Origin: a virus
Taxonomy: Duplodnaviria; Caudoviricetes
IMG/VR virus record: IMGVR_UViG_3300014822_000084
Coordinates: 1-30,233 of that record
Length of the DNA: 30,233 nucleotides
Direction: 5' to 3' (one strand)
Both the position numbers and the translations under genes were made by a program. The first letter of the stretch is position 1, and each line of letters opens with the position of its first letter. The notes below the pieces were generated by a model. It was not told the DNA's origin, searched no databases, and saw nothing but the letters and a program-made list of their open reading frames with translations. Shown in pieces: positions 15,397 through 23,973 of this stretch.

Positions 15397-16795
15397 CCAG
15401 CGTGACTTGTTGCTGAGAGCAGCAGAAGAAGCAAAAAAAGCGGGTTGCCCAAAGAGCCAGGTCAAACGCTTTTTTGAGGCGGGATATATCCCGCAGCCAC
15501 AGCAGTGGCAGTTTCACGCGGCGGCCAGAGCCGCCGACAAGCCCGACGGCCCAACAAGAATAGCGTTGGGCGGGGACAGGGGAGGGGCAAAGAGCCATGC
15601 TATCATTGCCCAAATTTTCATAGACGACATGCAGCGATACCCCGGAATCTACGCGCTTTATTTGCGTAAAGTGGGGAAGGCCGCAAGAAAGGCGTTAGAG
15701 CAAATCAGGGCAAAAACATTTGGGACGTTGCCACACAGGTTCAACAGCAATGATGGAACTGTGAGCTACCCAAATGGCAGCAGTGGCGTAATTGGTCACT
15801 TTCGTACCGAAAGCGACATTGACAAATATGTAGGCCTTGAGTTTCCAATCATGGCACTGGAAGAAGCCACGCAGCTACCAAAAACGGCCGTTGACTTGCT
15901 CTTTGGGTCAAATAGATCGAACCTACCGCACGTCCGGCCGAGGGGATATTTTGGAGCAAACCCCGGCGGCATTGGTCACCAGTGGTTTAAGCAGCAATTT
16001 GTAATACCCCACCGGCAGCACAAGCAAAAAGAAACCTATTTCATACCCGTATCATGGCGACAGAACGCATTTATAAGCCAAGCGTACATTAATTATCTCA
16101 ACAGCTTGACCGGCATTTTGCGGGAAATTTGGCGTGATGGAAATTGGGACGTAACCGCAGGCAGTTTCTTTACCAACTGGAGCGAGGATATACACGTCAT
16201 TGAGCCATTTGAAATAACCCCGGACATGCCAGCGTGGGCAAGCATGGATTATGGATATACACACCCAACGGCCGTGTATTTCCATGTAGCTTGGCAGGGC
16301 ATCATTTACACTGTTGTAGAGCATTGTCACGCACGCCGCTTACCAGAGTGGCACGCGGAAAAAATACACCAGCTTAGCAGCCAGGTCTTAAAGCGACCTG
16401 TCAGCGACCTAATATCATTTGTTGCCGGCCATGATATTTTCGCGCAGCGCTGCGACGCGGAAGGGCGCACCGTCGCCGACCAGTATGCCGCGCACGGCAT
16501 ACACCTATCACGAGCGAACATTGACAGGCAGGCCGGAGCAGCCGAGATGTTGAAACGGCTTGGAAGCAAAGACGACGGCATACCCCCCACGTGGTATATT
16601 TTCAAATCATGCACGCAGCTAATTAAAACAATGCCGCTTATGCAAACAGACCCCCGGAGGCCGGAGGATGTTTTGAAAATGGACGCAAGCGAGACCCAAG
16701 ACGGGGATGATCCATACGATGCAGCACGCTATGGCATCATGGAACGGCCGTTACAGGCCAAAGAGAAAAACGAGCAATTTATGATGAGCTACTAA
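15380..16795 (+). CDS. terL: Terminase large subunit
   Basis: Walker A GGDRGGAKS, Walker B MALEEATQ, motif GANPGGIGH, and nuclease motifs SMDYGYTHP and DDPYDAARY. The start is probably 15380 or 15383. Confidence 0.93.
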   Translation: MMKASSQRDLLLRAAEEAKKAGCPKSQVKRFFEAGYIPQPQQWQFHAAARAADKPDGPTRIALGGDRGGAKSHAIIAQIFIDDMQRYPGIYALYLRKVGKAARKALEQIRAKTFGTLPHRFNSNDGTVSYPNGSSGVIGHFRTESDIDKYVGLEFPIMALEEATQLPKTAVDLLFGSNRSNLPHVRPRGYFGANPGGIGHQWFKQQFVIPHRQHKQKETYFIPVSWRQNAFISQAYINYLNSLTGILREIWRDGNWDVTAGSFFTNWSEDIHVIEPFEITPDMPAWASMDYGYTHPTAVYFHVAWQGIIYTVVEHCHARRLPEWHAEKIHQLSSQVLKRPVSDLISFVAGHDIFAQRCDAEGRTVADQYAAHGIHLSRANIDRQAGAAEMLKRLGSKDDGIPPTWYIFKSCTQLIKTMPLMQTDPRRPEDVLKMDASETQDGDDPYDAARYGIMERPLQAKEKNEQFMMSY

Positions 16796-16816
16796 TTATA
16801 AAATGGAGCAAGACCA

Positions 16817-18280
16817 ATGATACTACCTGAGCAAGTAAATCTGGCAGAAGTGGCTTTTTTAGCGTTCAAAGAGGCCGAGGAACTAGAAACGCAAAGCCGC
16901 GTCGTTTTGGCCCGCAAGCGGGACGACACAGCAATGAGCCAACAGCTAGCGGCGGCAATCGCCGCCGACCTGTCCGCAACCCCATCAACCGAAGTTGATG
17001 GAATCAATTTAGCGCACATTGTGAAACGGAGTGTGGCAAACAGGCTGAACTTGCTTGGCTTTACGGCCGACAGCGAAAAAGCGCAATTATGGGTAGATGA
17101 ACTGTTTGAAAGAGGGAATCTTAATGCTATTCAATACGACGTGATTGAAGCCGCATTAAGAGACGGGGAAGCAGGTATCATTGTTGATTATGATGAAGAA
17201 GCCCAGTCCTTTAGATTCTATCCCCACCAACGGTTTACGGCCGTTGAAGTAGGGGGAGATGGGGAGGGCATACGGCCGTACTACAGAAACAACGACCCAA
17301 ACCAACCCTTGCAGGCCATCGCGAAGCGATGGACAGAAACCACTTGGAACAAAAGGAAGCCTGAGACCGCGCAACGACTAACGTTATACATTGCAGAGCA
17401 GCCAGGTTTACCAGCCAGAATTGAAAAATATAAAATGAATAACGCAGGGGCATGGCAGGAACATCAAGACCCAAGTGACCCCACGTGGCCGCTTTGGTGG
17501 ACGGATACCCGCACAAAACGAGGCCAATCGCTACCCATCCCCGCCATCATTTTTAGCACCCCAGACCGGCAGCCAATCAGCCGCCGGATTCTAGGCCTAC
17601 AGGCCGCAAGTAACGAGCTACTTGCAACCTACTTGGGGGCAAGTAGACTATCCGCATATCAAATTTTGGTTGCCTTTGGTTGGCTTCCCACAACGGACGG
17701 CAAGCCGCCCGCCGAAGATGGAAGCAATCTTCTCAAGATACGGCCGCGCCAAATTCTAGGCGCACCGAACAAACGGCCGTCAGAGGCCAGCTTATCAGCT
17801 ATCCCGGCCGGAGATACAAGCGGGCTGCTGGACGGAATCGACCGCCTGAACGTATGGGCTGCACTTGTCGCAGGGATGCCCGTAAAAAATTTCATTTTTT
17901 CACGCAGCGCAAACAGCGCACAAAGTTTAAGGCAAGGCGAAGCAGAGTTAGATGCAGAAGTGAATAAGCATCAAAGTTACTTTGGCGGCGCATGGAAATT
18001 ACTCGCCGCGACATGCGCGGCCATAGCAGCCGCTTACCAATCCCTGCCAACAGAAATTGAAGATGCCATATTCACCCCCCTGTTTGCCCCAAAGGAGAAG
18101 CAAGGTGACATCCTGAACGACGTTCAGGCTATGAAACTGGCAGGGATACCGGATGAAATTATTTGGCAGCGTATATTGAATTTACTGCCAAACGAGGCAG
18201 AACAGGTACAGAGGATTGCAGATGAAAACAGCCAGGAAACAGCCGGAAGCAACAATACAGCCAACGAAACAGGAGCTTAA
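16817..18280 (+). CDS. Portal protein
   Basis: 487 aa directly after terL; ALRDGEAGIIV and SANSAQSLR resemble SPP1 gp6-like portals. Confidence 0.8.
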   Translation: MILPEQVNLAEVAFLAFKEAEELETQSRVVLARKRDDTAMSQQLAAAIAADLSATPSTEVDGINLAHIVKRSVANRLNLLGFTADSEKAQLWVDELFERGNLNAIQYDVIEAALRDGEAGIIVDYDEEAQSFRFYPHQRFTAVEVGGDGEGIRPYYRNNDPNQPLQAIAKRWTETTWNKRKPETAQRLTLYIAEQPGLPARIEKYKMNNAGAWQEHQDPSDPTWPLWWTDTRTKRGQSLPIPAIIFSTPDRQPISRRILGLQAASNELLATYLGASRLSAYQILVAFGWLPTTDGKPPAEDGSNLLKIRPRQILGAPNKRPSEASLSAIPAGDTSGLLDGIDRLNVWAALVAGMPVKNFIFSRSANSAQSLRQGEAELDAEVNKHQSYFGGAWKLLAATCAAIAAAYQSLPTEIEDAIFTPLFAPKEKQGDILNDVQAMKLAGIPDEIIWQRILNLLPNEAEQVQRIADENSQETAGSNNTANETGA

Positions 18281-18434
18281 ATTACTAAGAATCCTGAGAG
18301 AGCAGGGGAATACCGGCAGGGCTGAAACGATTGTAATACGAATTGTACGCACCCATGCAGGCTTAACATACCAGCTAAATACATGCGTACAACGTGGATT
18401 AATCCACGTTGACAACCTGATGCAATCACCTTAA
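18216..18434 (+). CDS. Hypothetical protein (start uncertain)
   Basis: Short ORF between portal and scaffold. Confidence 0.4.
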   Translation: MQMKTARKQPEATIQPTKQELKLLRILREQGNTGRAETIVIRIVRTHAGLTYQLNTCVQRGLIHVDNLMQSP

Positions 18435-18500
18435 ACTATATTGAAACCCCATATCACACGCTACGGCGGCGCATCCTGAACGAATCAGATGCGCCGCCGT
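18390..18500 (+). promoter_or_regulatory. Promoter for the scaffold/capsid genes with an overlapping palindrome and leader hairpin
   Basis: TTGACA (18409)-17bp-TAAACT (18432); perfect 22-bp palindrome 18390-18411; 13-bp stem 18463-18475/18488-18500. Confidence 0.65.
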
Positions 18501-18551
18501 TTGCGTTTACGCAACCAACGGCGGTAAACGTTGAGAAAAGCGAGGTAACTA

Positions 18552-19154
18552 ATGCTAAACCTATTTTATGATGCACCAAACGAAGGCAACGGCGGCAGCC
18601 AGCCACCCAATGACCAAAGCAACGAAACAGGCGGAAACAACGGGAACGCCCCCGGATTAACACAAGAGCAAATTAATGAAATCATTGGGCAACGCGTTTC
18701 ACGCGCAAAGGAAACGGCAGTGAAGTCTCTTTTGCAATCATTAGGCGTTAACACGCCAGATGAAATTAAAGCTGCAATGGACGAACTAAACACGCTCAAA
18801 GGTCAACAGCTATCAGAGCGTGAACGGCTTGAAGCAAGAATCAAAGAGCTTGAAGAAGCCGAGGCTGAAAAGGCCAGGTTGCAGCAGATTGCAGAAGCCG
18901 CAAAAGAAACAATTACTGCACAATTGGAAGCAATGAAGCAGGAAATAACAATCCCGGATTATTTAGAGCCATTGCTAGCAAACATGGATGAAATAGAGCA
19001 ACTACGTTACCTAGCACAAAATAAAGCAAAATTATCCAAAATACCGCTAGGTGACCTGAACGCAGGTCAGCGCGGGAAAAACAGCACGCAAACACCAGAG
19101 CAGCGAGCCGAGGAATTAAGGAAACGATTTTCCGGCTTGCGCTCATTAAGATAG
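18552..19154 (+). CDS. Capsid scaffolding protein
   Basis: Low-complexity N-terminus, LTQEQINEIIGQRVSR, long coiled coil; precedes the capsid genes. Confidence 0.85.
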   Translation: MLNLFYDAPNEGNGGSQPPNDQSNETGGNNGNAPGLTQEQINEIIGQRVSRAKETAVKSLLQSLGVNTPDEIKAAMDELNTLKGQQLSERERLEARIKELEEAEAEKARLQQIAEAAKETITAQLEAMKQEITIPDYLEPLLANMDEIEQLRYLAQNKAKLSKIPLGDLNAGQRGKNSTQTPEQRAEELRKRFSGLRSLR

Positions 19155-19164
19155 GAGCGAACTA

Positions 19165-19581
19165 ATGGCAACAATCACTTACACAGCCGCCGACGTGGAC
19201 GCAGCCCCAAACGCGACAGTGGTACGCGGGAAACTTGGAGAGGCAGCCACCACAGGCGACGCGCTTTACTTGAACAGCGACGGCCGCTTTTACAAAGCGG
19301 ATAGCGCAGCAGCCGCAACCGCGAAGGCACGCGGCATTTTAGTTGGAGGCCAGCAGGGAACAAGCTACCCCGCAGGCATGGACGTGGACGTATGCGTATA
19401 CGGCCGTGTACTTGGCTACAGTGGCATGACCCCCGGCGGCAGCGTTTTTGTGACCAGTGCAGGCGCACTTGACCAAACCGCCCCTGCGGCAGTGGGGACA
19501 TTTACATGGGAACTGGGTTGGGCATTTTCCCCAACCGTTGTTTTTGTCGCGCCGCAAAACAATGAGCCAACCGCGAACTAG
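19165..19581 (+). CDS. Capsid decoration/cement protein
   Basis: Gly/Ala-rich beta protein (GEAATTGDALYL...YKAD) between scaffold and MCP. Confidence 0.7.
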   Translation: MATITYTAADVDAAPNATVVRGKLGEAATTGDALYLNSDGRFYKADSAAAATAKARGILVGGQQGTSYPAGMDVDVCVYGRVLGYSGMTPGGSVFVTSAGALDQTAPAAVGTFTWELGWAFSPTVVFVAPQNNEPTAN

Positions 19582-19587
19582 GAGATA

Positions 19588-20685
19588 TTGAACATGCTTA
19601 ACTTGAAAAACATTGCATTACCCGCAGGTTGGGACGCGGGAGAAATGGCACGACTAGCCCTATCCGACGGAGTAACCTATGAGACATTGGTGCAGGATAT
19701 TGACGATGCGTTACAGCTCGCAGCGACGGATGTGCTAAACAGCTACGTAGGCCGCTTGATCCATGTAACCACAGAAACGGCCGTTGAATACGCGGCAGCC
19801 GGAAGTAAAGGTTTTGAACGACGCACAGAACGAGCAACCGGCGACGGCCGTCGCCCCAAGACGGCCGGTCATATGCTACCGTTGGTATCCTATGACCATC
19901 CGCTTTTCTGGACATTTGATTATTTAAGAAACGCACGCAGCGCCCAAATTTACCGCGCTGTTAGCGACGTAATCACCAGCACAAAAGAGATTATTGAAAA
20001 ATCTGTGTTCGAGCGGCTTTTTAAGATGGAAGAAGAAACCGGCGAGGCATTTGGCTTGGGTGCAGGCGGCTTTTCTGTGCCCTTTGCCGACGGCGGCGCA
20101 GGTACAATCCAGTACACACCACCCCCCGCACCAAGCCGGGGAGGGACGTTCAGCGCGACGCACAATCACTTTTTACGGCTGAACGGCATCAATCAAACAA
20201 ACTTGGAACAAGCCGTCATGCACCTTTGGGAACATAACATTGACGGCCCGTTTGATCTTGTTATCTCGCTTGCCGACATCACAAGCTGGACAGACACCGC
20301 CAATGTAACCGGTTTTGTACTACGACCAGATGCAAACGTCACATACGGCAGCAGCGAAACGCTTGCCAACATTGATGATGTTTACATTGGTGGCGTAAAA
20401 ACACAATATGGCTTTGTTCGTATCTACGCCAACGGCCGTGTACCTAGCGGATATTGGGCAGTGACAAAGACAAACAACGTGGACGACCCAATGAACCCGC
20501 TATGGGTGCGCACCAGAACCGGCGTGATTGCGCCCCAACTTGTCGTAGAAAATGTGGGACATTTTCCATTACAAGGCGCAATTCCCATCCTTGACATGGG
20601 GGCAGGTGTTGGAGAAAACCGAGTGGCAGCCGTATGTGTGCAAAATGCCGCAAGCGGCACATACACAACCCCCGTAATTAGCTAA
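19588..20685 (+). CDS. Major capsid protein
   Basis: 365 aa; called from synteny (portal-scaffold-decoration-MCP); followed by a strong hairpin. Confidence 0.75.
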   Translation: MNMLNLKNIALPAGWDAGEMARLALSDGVTYETLVQDIDDALQLAATDVLNSYVGRLIHVTTETAVEYAAAGSKGFERRTERATGDGRRPKTAGHMLPLVSYDHPLFWTFDYLRNARSAQIYRAVSDVITSTKEIIEKSVFERLFKMEEETGEAFGLGAGGFSVPFADGGAGTIQYTPPPAPSRGGTFSATHNHFLRLNGINQTNLEQAVMHLWEHNIDGPFDLVISLADITSWTDTANVTGFVLRPDANVTYGSSETLANIDDVYIGGVKTQYGFVRIYANGRVPSGYWAVTKTNNVDDPMNPLWVRTRTGVIAPQLVVENVGHFPLQGAIPILDMGAGVGENRVAAVCVQNAASGTYTTPVIS

Positions 20686-20705
20686 CCCCTATCCTCTCTT
20701 TTCTT

Positions 20706-20737
20706 GCCGGGGCAGGTATAAGACCACCTGCCCCGGC
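20706..20737. promoter_or_regulatory. GC-rich hairpin after the MCP gene (no U tract; mRNA stabiliser or weak terminator)
   Basis: 12-bp stem gccggggcaggt/acctgccccggc; a similar hairpin follows the tail tube gene (23298-23323). Confidence 0.6.
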
Positions 20738-20749
20738 GAAGGCGGAATA

Positions 20750-20986
20750 ATGGCACGAAAGAAAAAAACTGTAAATTTTGAACCCGGTCAAACCGTTGAG
20801 AATCACGATGGTACTTACATTGTGACCACAATTGGACTGCCAAACACATGCAGCGTCACCGGCGAGCCGGTAACAGACGGCTACTGGCTGGCAAAATCGC
20901 CAGACCACGCCCGCGCCGGTCATGGAATATCAAAAGCGGCTTTTTTGAAAATGACCCCAGAGCAACCAGACCCGGATGAAGAATAA
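20750..20986 (+). CDS. Hypothetical protein
   Basis: Coupled to the next gene by TAATG. Confidence 0.7.
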   Translation: MARKKKTVNFEPGQTVENHDGTYIVTTIGLPNTCSVTGEPVTDGYWLAKSPDHARAGHGISKAAFLKMTPEQPDPDEE

Positions 20987-21333
20987 TGCCCATTGAAACA
21001 AGTCTGGCAACGGATATAGGGAAAGTGCGCCTGTTTATTGGAGATACAACAGACGGAAAAGGCGTAAAACCGGATGGGAGTAACTTCACGGACGCGGAAA
21101 TCACCGCTTTTCTGAATATGGAAGATAACAGCGTCCACAAAGCGACCGCAGCCGCTTTTGAGGCCTTGTCTGCAATGTGGGCAGCCCTAGCGGGCAGCCA
21201 CAAAACCGGTCCGCAGTCAGACACGAACGACCAAGCGGCACAATACGCCTTTCTTGCAAAAATGTACCGGGAGGAATACGGCTACACCGCAGACAAAGCC
21301 GCAGGCTTTTCAGCAAAAGTAATGGCCGTATGA
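20986..21333 (+). CDS. Head-tail adaptor
   Basis: DIGKVRLFIGDT...FTDAEITAFL motif; synteny. Confidence 0.75.
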   Translation: MPIETSLATDIGKVRLFIGDTTDGKGVKPDGSNFTDAEITAFLNMEDNSVHKATAAAFEALSAMWAALAGSHKTGPQSDTNDQAAQYAFLAKMYREEYGYTADKAAGFSAKVMAV

Positions 21334-21626
21334 CAGTTTCAAACCGATATACCCAAACATGCAGCATCATAGAACCACCAAAGGCAGGCCGCACAGGTAG
21401 CACAACAATAGCCACAAGCGTCTTATGCACCTTTCCCTATCCAGCAAATAACAGCCGTTGGGCAATGGGCAGCGACTTTAGAGGCTTTGAAATTCACTTG
21501 GATACCACAGAAACGGCCGTTACCCCCGGCATGATACTGGAAATGCCAACGGGTAAATTTATTGTTGAAAAAGTAAATCTATGGCCCAAATTCACAGAGA
21601 TTCTTGCAAGGAATGTAAATGCTTGA
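21330..21626 (+). CDS. Head closure protein (putative)
   Basis: ATGA overlap at 21330; small beta-rich protein; synteny. Confidence 0.6.
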   Translation: MTVSNRYTQTCSIIEPPKAGRTGSTTIATSVLCTFPYPANNSRWAMGSDFRGFEIHLDTTETAVTPGMILEMPTGKFIVEKVNLWPKFTEILARNVNA

Positions 21627-22089
21627 CGCAAAGCTAGAATTTATTGCGGGAGTTGCACTAGAAAACTTGTCCACACTTGGAATGGAAATGGGAAGCCACG
21701 TTTCAAGAAACGCGCTTGCAAGCCAGAAACTTGCAGAATACGCCCGCGCAGTATCCGAAAACGGGTTAAAGTTGATCGAGCTATACATAGCAGAAAAAGC
21801 CGCGCACATTGTGAGCGGCTTGACACCCGTCGTCAGTGGCAGCCTAGCGAGCGCACACGCGCCATTCCAAGTAGACAATGAAACCTATGTCGCAATCAAC
21901 CCCGCAGCAATCAACCCAACCAGCCCTGAACGGCCGTTTCAATATGGCCCGAAAGTGCATGAAATGGGAGGCGTAAGCAGGAGTGGGCACAGACGTGATT
22001 TTTACAATCACTTACTTGAAGAATTTGGTGACGACCTGATCGCAGCCGGAAAAGAACAGCTAGAGATCAGCTTAGGAGTTGCGGCCTGA
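21619..22089 (+). CDS. Neck/tail completion protein (HK97 gp10-like)
   Basis: TPVVSGSLASAH and YGPKVHE motifs. Confidence 0.65.
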   Translation: MLDAKLEFIAGVALENLSTLGMEMGSHVSRNALASQKLAEYARAVSENGLKLIELYIAEKAAHIVSGLTPVVSGSLASAHAPFQVDNETYVAINPAAINPTSPERPFQYGPKVHEMGGVSRSGHRRDFYNHLLEEFGDDLIAAGKEQLEISLGVAA

Positions 22090-22541
22090 TGGGAAAAACG
22101 CAGGAAGCCGTTACAGCAACAAAGAACTTTTTAGAGCTTAATTTTATGAACCCACCAGCAGGCTACAATGTGCCCATAGCGGCCAGTAACATTGTAGCCG
22201 GTAAAATCGCGCCCAGCCCGGAAACGACGGCAGGCGCACAATCACCTAACTGGATAATCGTTTACGGTCTACCCGTGACGATTGTCAATTATGTGCCAGG
22301 TGAGATAGAAATTAAGCCCAATATAGCAGTATCCTTAATCTCATTCGCCAACGACGCGACAAGCCGCGCCGAAGCGGAGAAATGGATTAATGATGCAGAG
22401 GAGCTAACAGCAGCATTATTACCATTCGGACTATTCCCAGATGAATATAAAGTCATCTCAATTAAACGAGACCAAGACCCGTTTTATTGGGGAATCGCAC
22501 GCACAAGCTATCTTAATTTTTCAGTGGAGAAATACACATGA
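22089..22541 (+). CDS. Tail terminator (putative)
   Basis: Size and position before the tail tube gene. Confidence 0.55.
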   Translation: MGKTQEAVTATKNFLELNFMNPPAGYNVPIAASNIVAGKIAPSPETTAGAQSPNWIIVYGLPVTIVNYVPGEIEIKPNIAVSLISFANDATSRAEAEKWINDAEELTAALLPFGLFPDEYKVISIKRDQDPFYWGIARTSYLNFSVEKYT

Positions 22542-22759
22542 GCAAAACCAAATATGATCCAAACGGCGAGTACATTTGTGTTAAAGGTGCAGTTAGCATC
22601 AAGCACAAAAACGGCCGTACCATCATTGCTGCAACCGAAACCGACGTGACCGGCAAACCGGTCACGTTCAAAATGCCACACCGAACACCAGAAGAAATCC
22701 AGTATTTAGTGGAAGCAGTAAAGGTAATCAAACCCGCACCCGCAGGAGGTAAGAAATGA
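22538..22759 (+). CDS. Hypothetical protein
   Basis: ATGA overlaps on both sides. Confidence 0.7.
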   Translation: MSKTKYDPNGEYICVKGAVSIKHKNGRTIIAATETDVTGKPVTFKMPHRTPEEIQYLVEAVKVIKPAPAGGKK

Positions 22760-23286
22760 AAACAGCTAACGCAGTAAGCCCACGACGGCCAAAAGTCGAA
22801 ATAGTGATCACGAGTGCAATTAAAACCGCGCTTCCATCAATGTTTCCAACGACAGTCCCACCAGAAACCATTGACCTGTCCCTAATTTTCAAAGGAAATT
22901 CAGGCGGCGGATTGACCCGTACCATCAATCGGGAATATGTTGCAGGCGACGACGCGCCGATACTGGACTACGATACCCGAATTGAAGTAGGGGAAAACAC
23001 ACTTACATTTTTGTACACTAACGGCAAAGAAACCGTTGGAACTGATAACGTTGACCCATACGACCTGTTTTTCAATTTGATTAAATACACGGCCGCCGAC
23101 CTGCCATTACAGGTAATTGTCAGCCCGGCAGGGGGAAACGTTGGTGATCAAGAATTTATCAGCGACCCCAATCAAACATTTATCCGCAGCGTAAGCGAAC
23201 CCACCGTAAGCGTGGACGCAAGCGGTAAAGTGCAATTTACTGTGACGTACTGGACGAGTGACGTAACAACTGCAACCGTAGCGTAA
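22756..23286 (+). CDS. Major tail (tube) protein
   Basis: 176 aa, beta-rich, GGAGGT RBS; precedes the chaperone and tape measure genes. Confidence 0.7.
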   Translation: MKTANAVSPRRPKVEIVITSAIKTALPSMFPTTVPPETIDLSLIFKGNSGGGLTRTINREYVAGDDAPILDYDTRIEVGENTLTFLYTNGKETVGTDNVDPYDLFFNLIKYTAADLPLQVIVSPAGGNVGDQEFISDPNQTFIRSVSEPTVSVDASGKVQFTVTYWTSDVTTATVA

Positions 23287-23332
23287 TGTAACAAGAGGCC
23301 TGCCCGTGAAATACCGGGCAGGCGAAAAAAAC

Positions 23333-23644
23333 ATGGAACTGAAAGCACCAAAAGTAGCATTTGAACCCAATGAACCGTTGACCGCGTTACACGTTGATCA
23401 ATGGTGGCGACGTACCCAAATCGTGACACAAAAGGCCGGAGAACTACCCGGAAACCTGTCCCACGAATCCCATCCACAATTTTTGTGGGTGTGGGTTAGG
23501 ACAGCATTGGGCACGTTTACCATTGACGGGAAGCCCGTTACTGAAGATGAAATTGCCAATCTGGAATACAACCCATTGGCATTACAGGGGATGCTTGAAG
23601 TCACCGAGCCATACATAGAAGCTATTTTCTCGAAAAAAAAATAG
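23333..23644 (+). CDS. Tail assembly chaperone (G-like)
   Basis: Ends in an A9 run (23633-23641) followed by TAG. The start is 23333 or 23306. Confidence 0.7.
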   Translation: MELKAPKVAFEPNEPLTALHVDQWWRRTQIVTQKAGELPGNLSHESHPQFLWVWVRTALGTFTIDGKPVTEDEIANLEYNPLALQGMLEVTEPYIEAIFSKKK

Positions 23645-23973
23645 CGATTGCTATGCGGGATCACTTTGATGATCCCAACTTTCCCCCGCCTTGGACGTGG
23701 GAACTTGTGATCTATCACATGAACCTTGAAAACGGTTCATTTATCCAGTTTCCCTATGAAGGAAACTGGAGAGATAATTACAAGTGGCTTGACCTAATGC
23801 GCTGGACGTACACCATTTGGCGACACTGCCAACAAGTGAAGGCAGGGGGAACGTGGACACCCCAAATGGTACAACTGGAAGGCCTATTAGATGAATGGCG
23901 GAACGGCCGACCACAAGCCCCAAGTAACTTTGAATTATGGATAAAAAATGAGCGAGAACACGCTAAGGTTTAA
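23641..23973 (+). CDS. Tail assembly chaperone -1 frameshift extension (GT-like)
   Basis: The -1 frame is open from the A run (IAIAMRDHF...); lambda G/GT position before the tape measure gene. Confidence 0.7.
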   Translation: MAIAMRDHFDDPNFPPPWTWELVIYHMNLENGSFIQFPYEGNWRDNYKWLDLMRWTYTIWRHCQQVKAGGTWTPQMVQLEGLLDEWRNGRPQAPSNFELWIKNEREHAKV

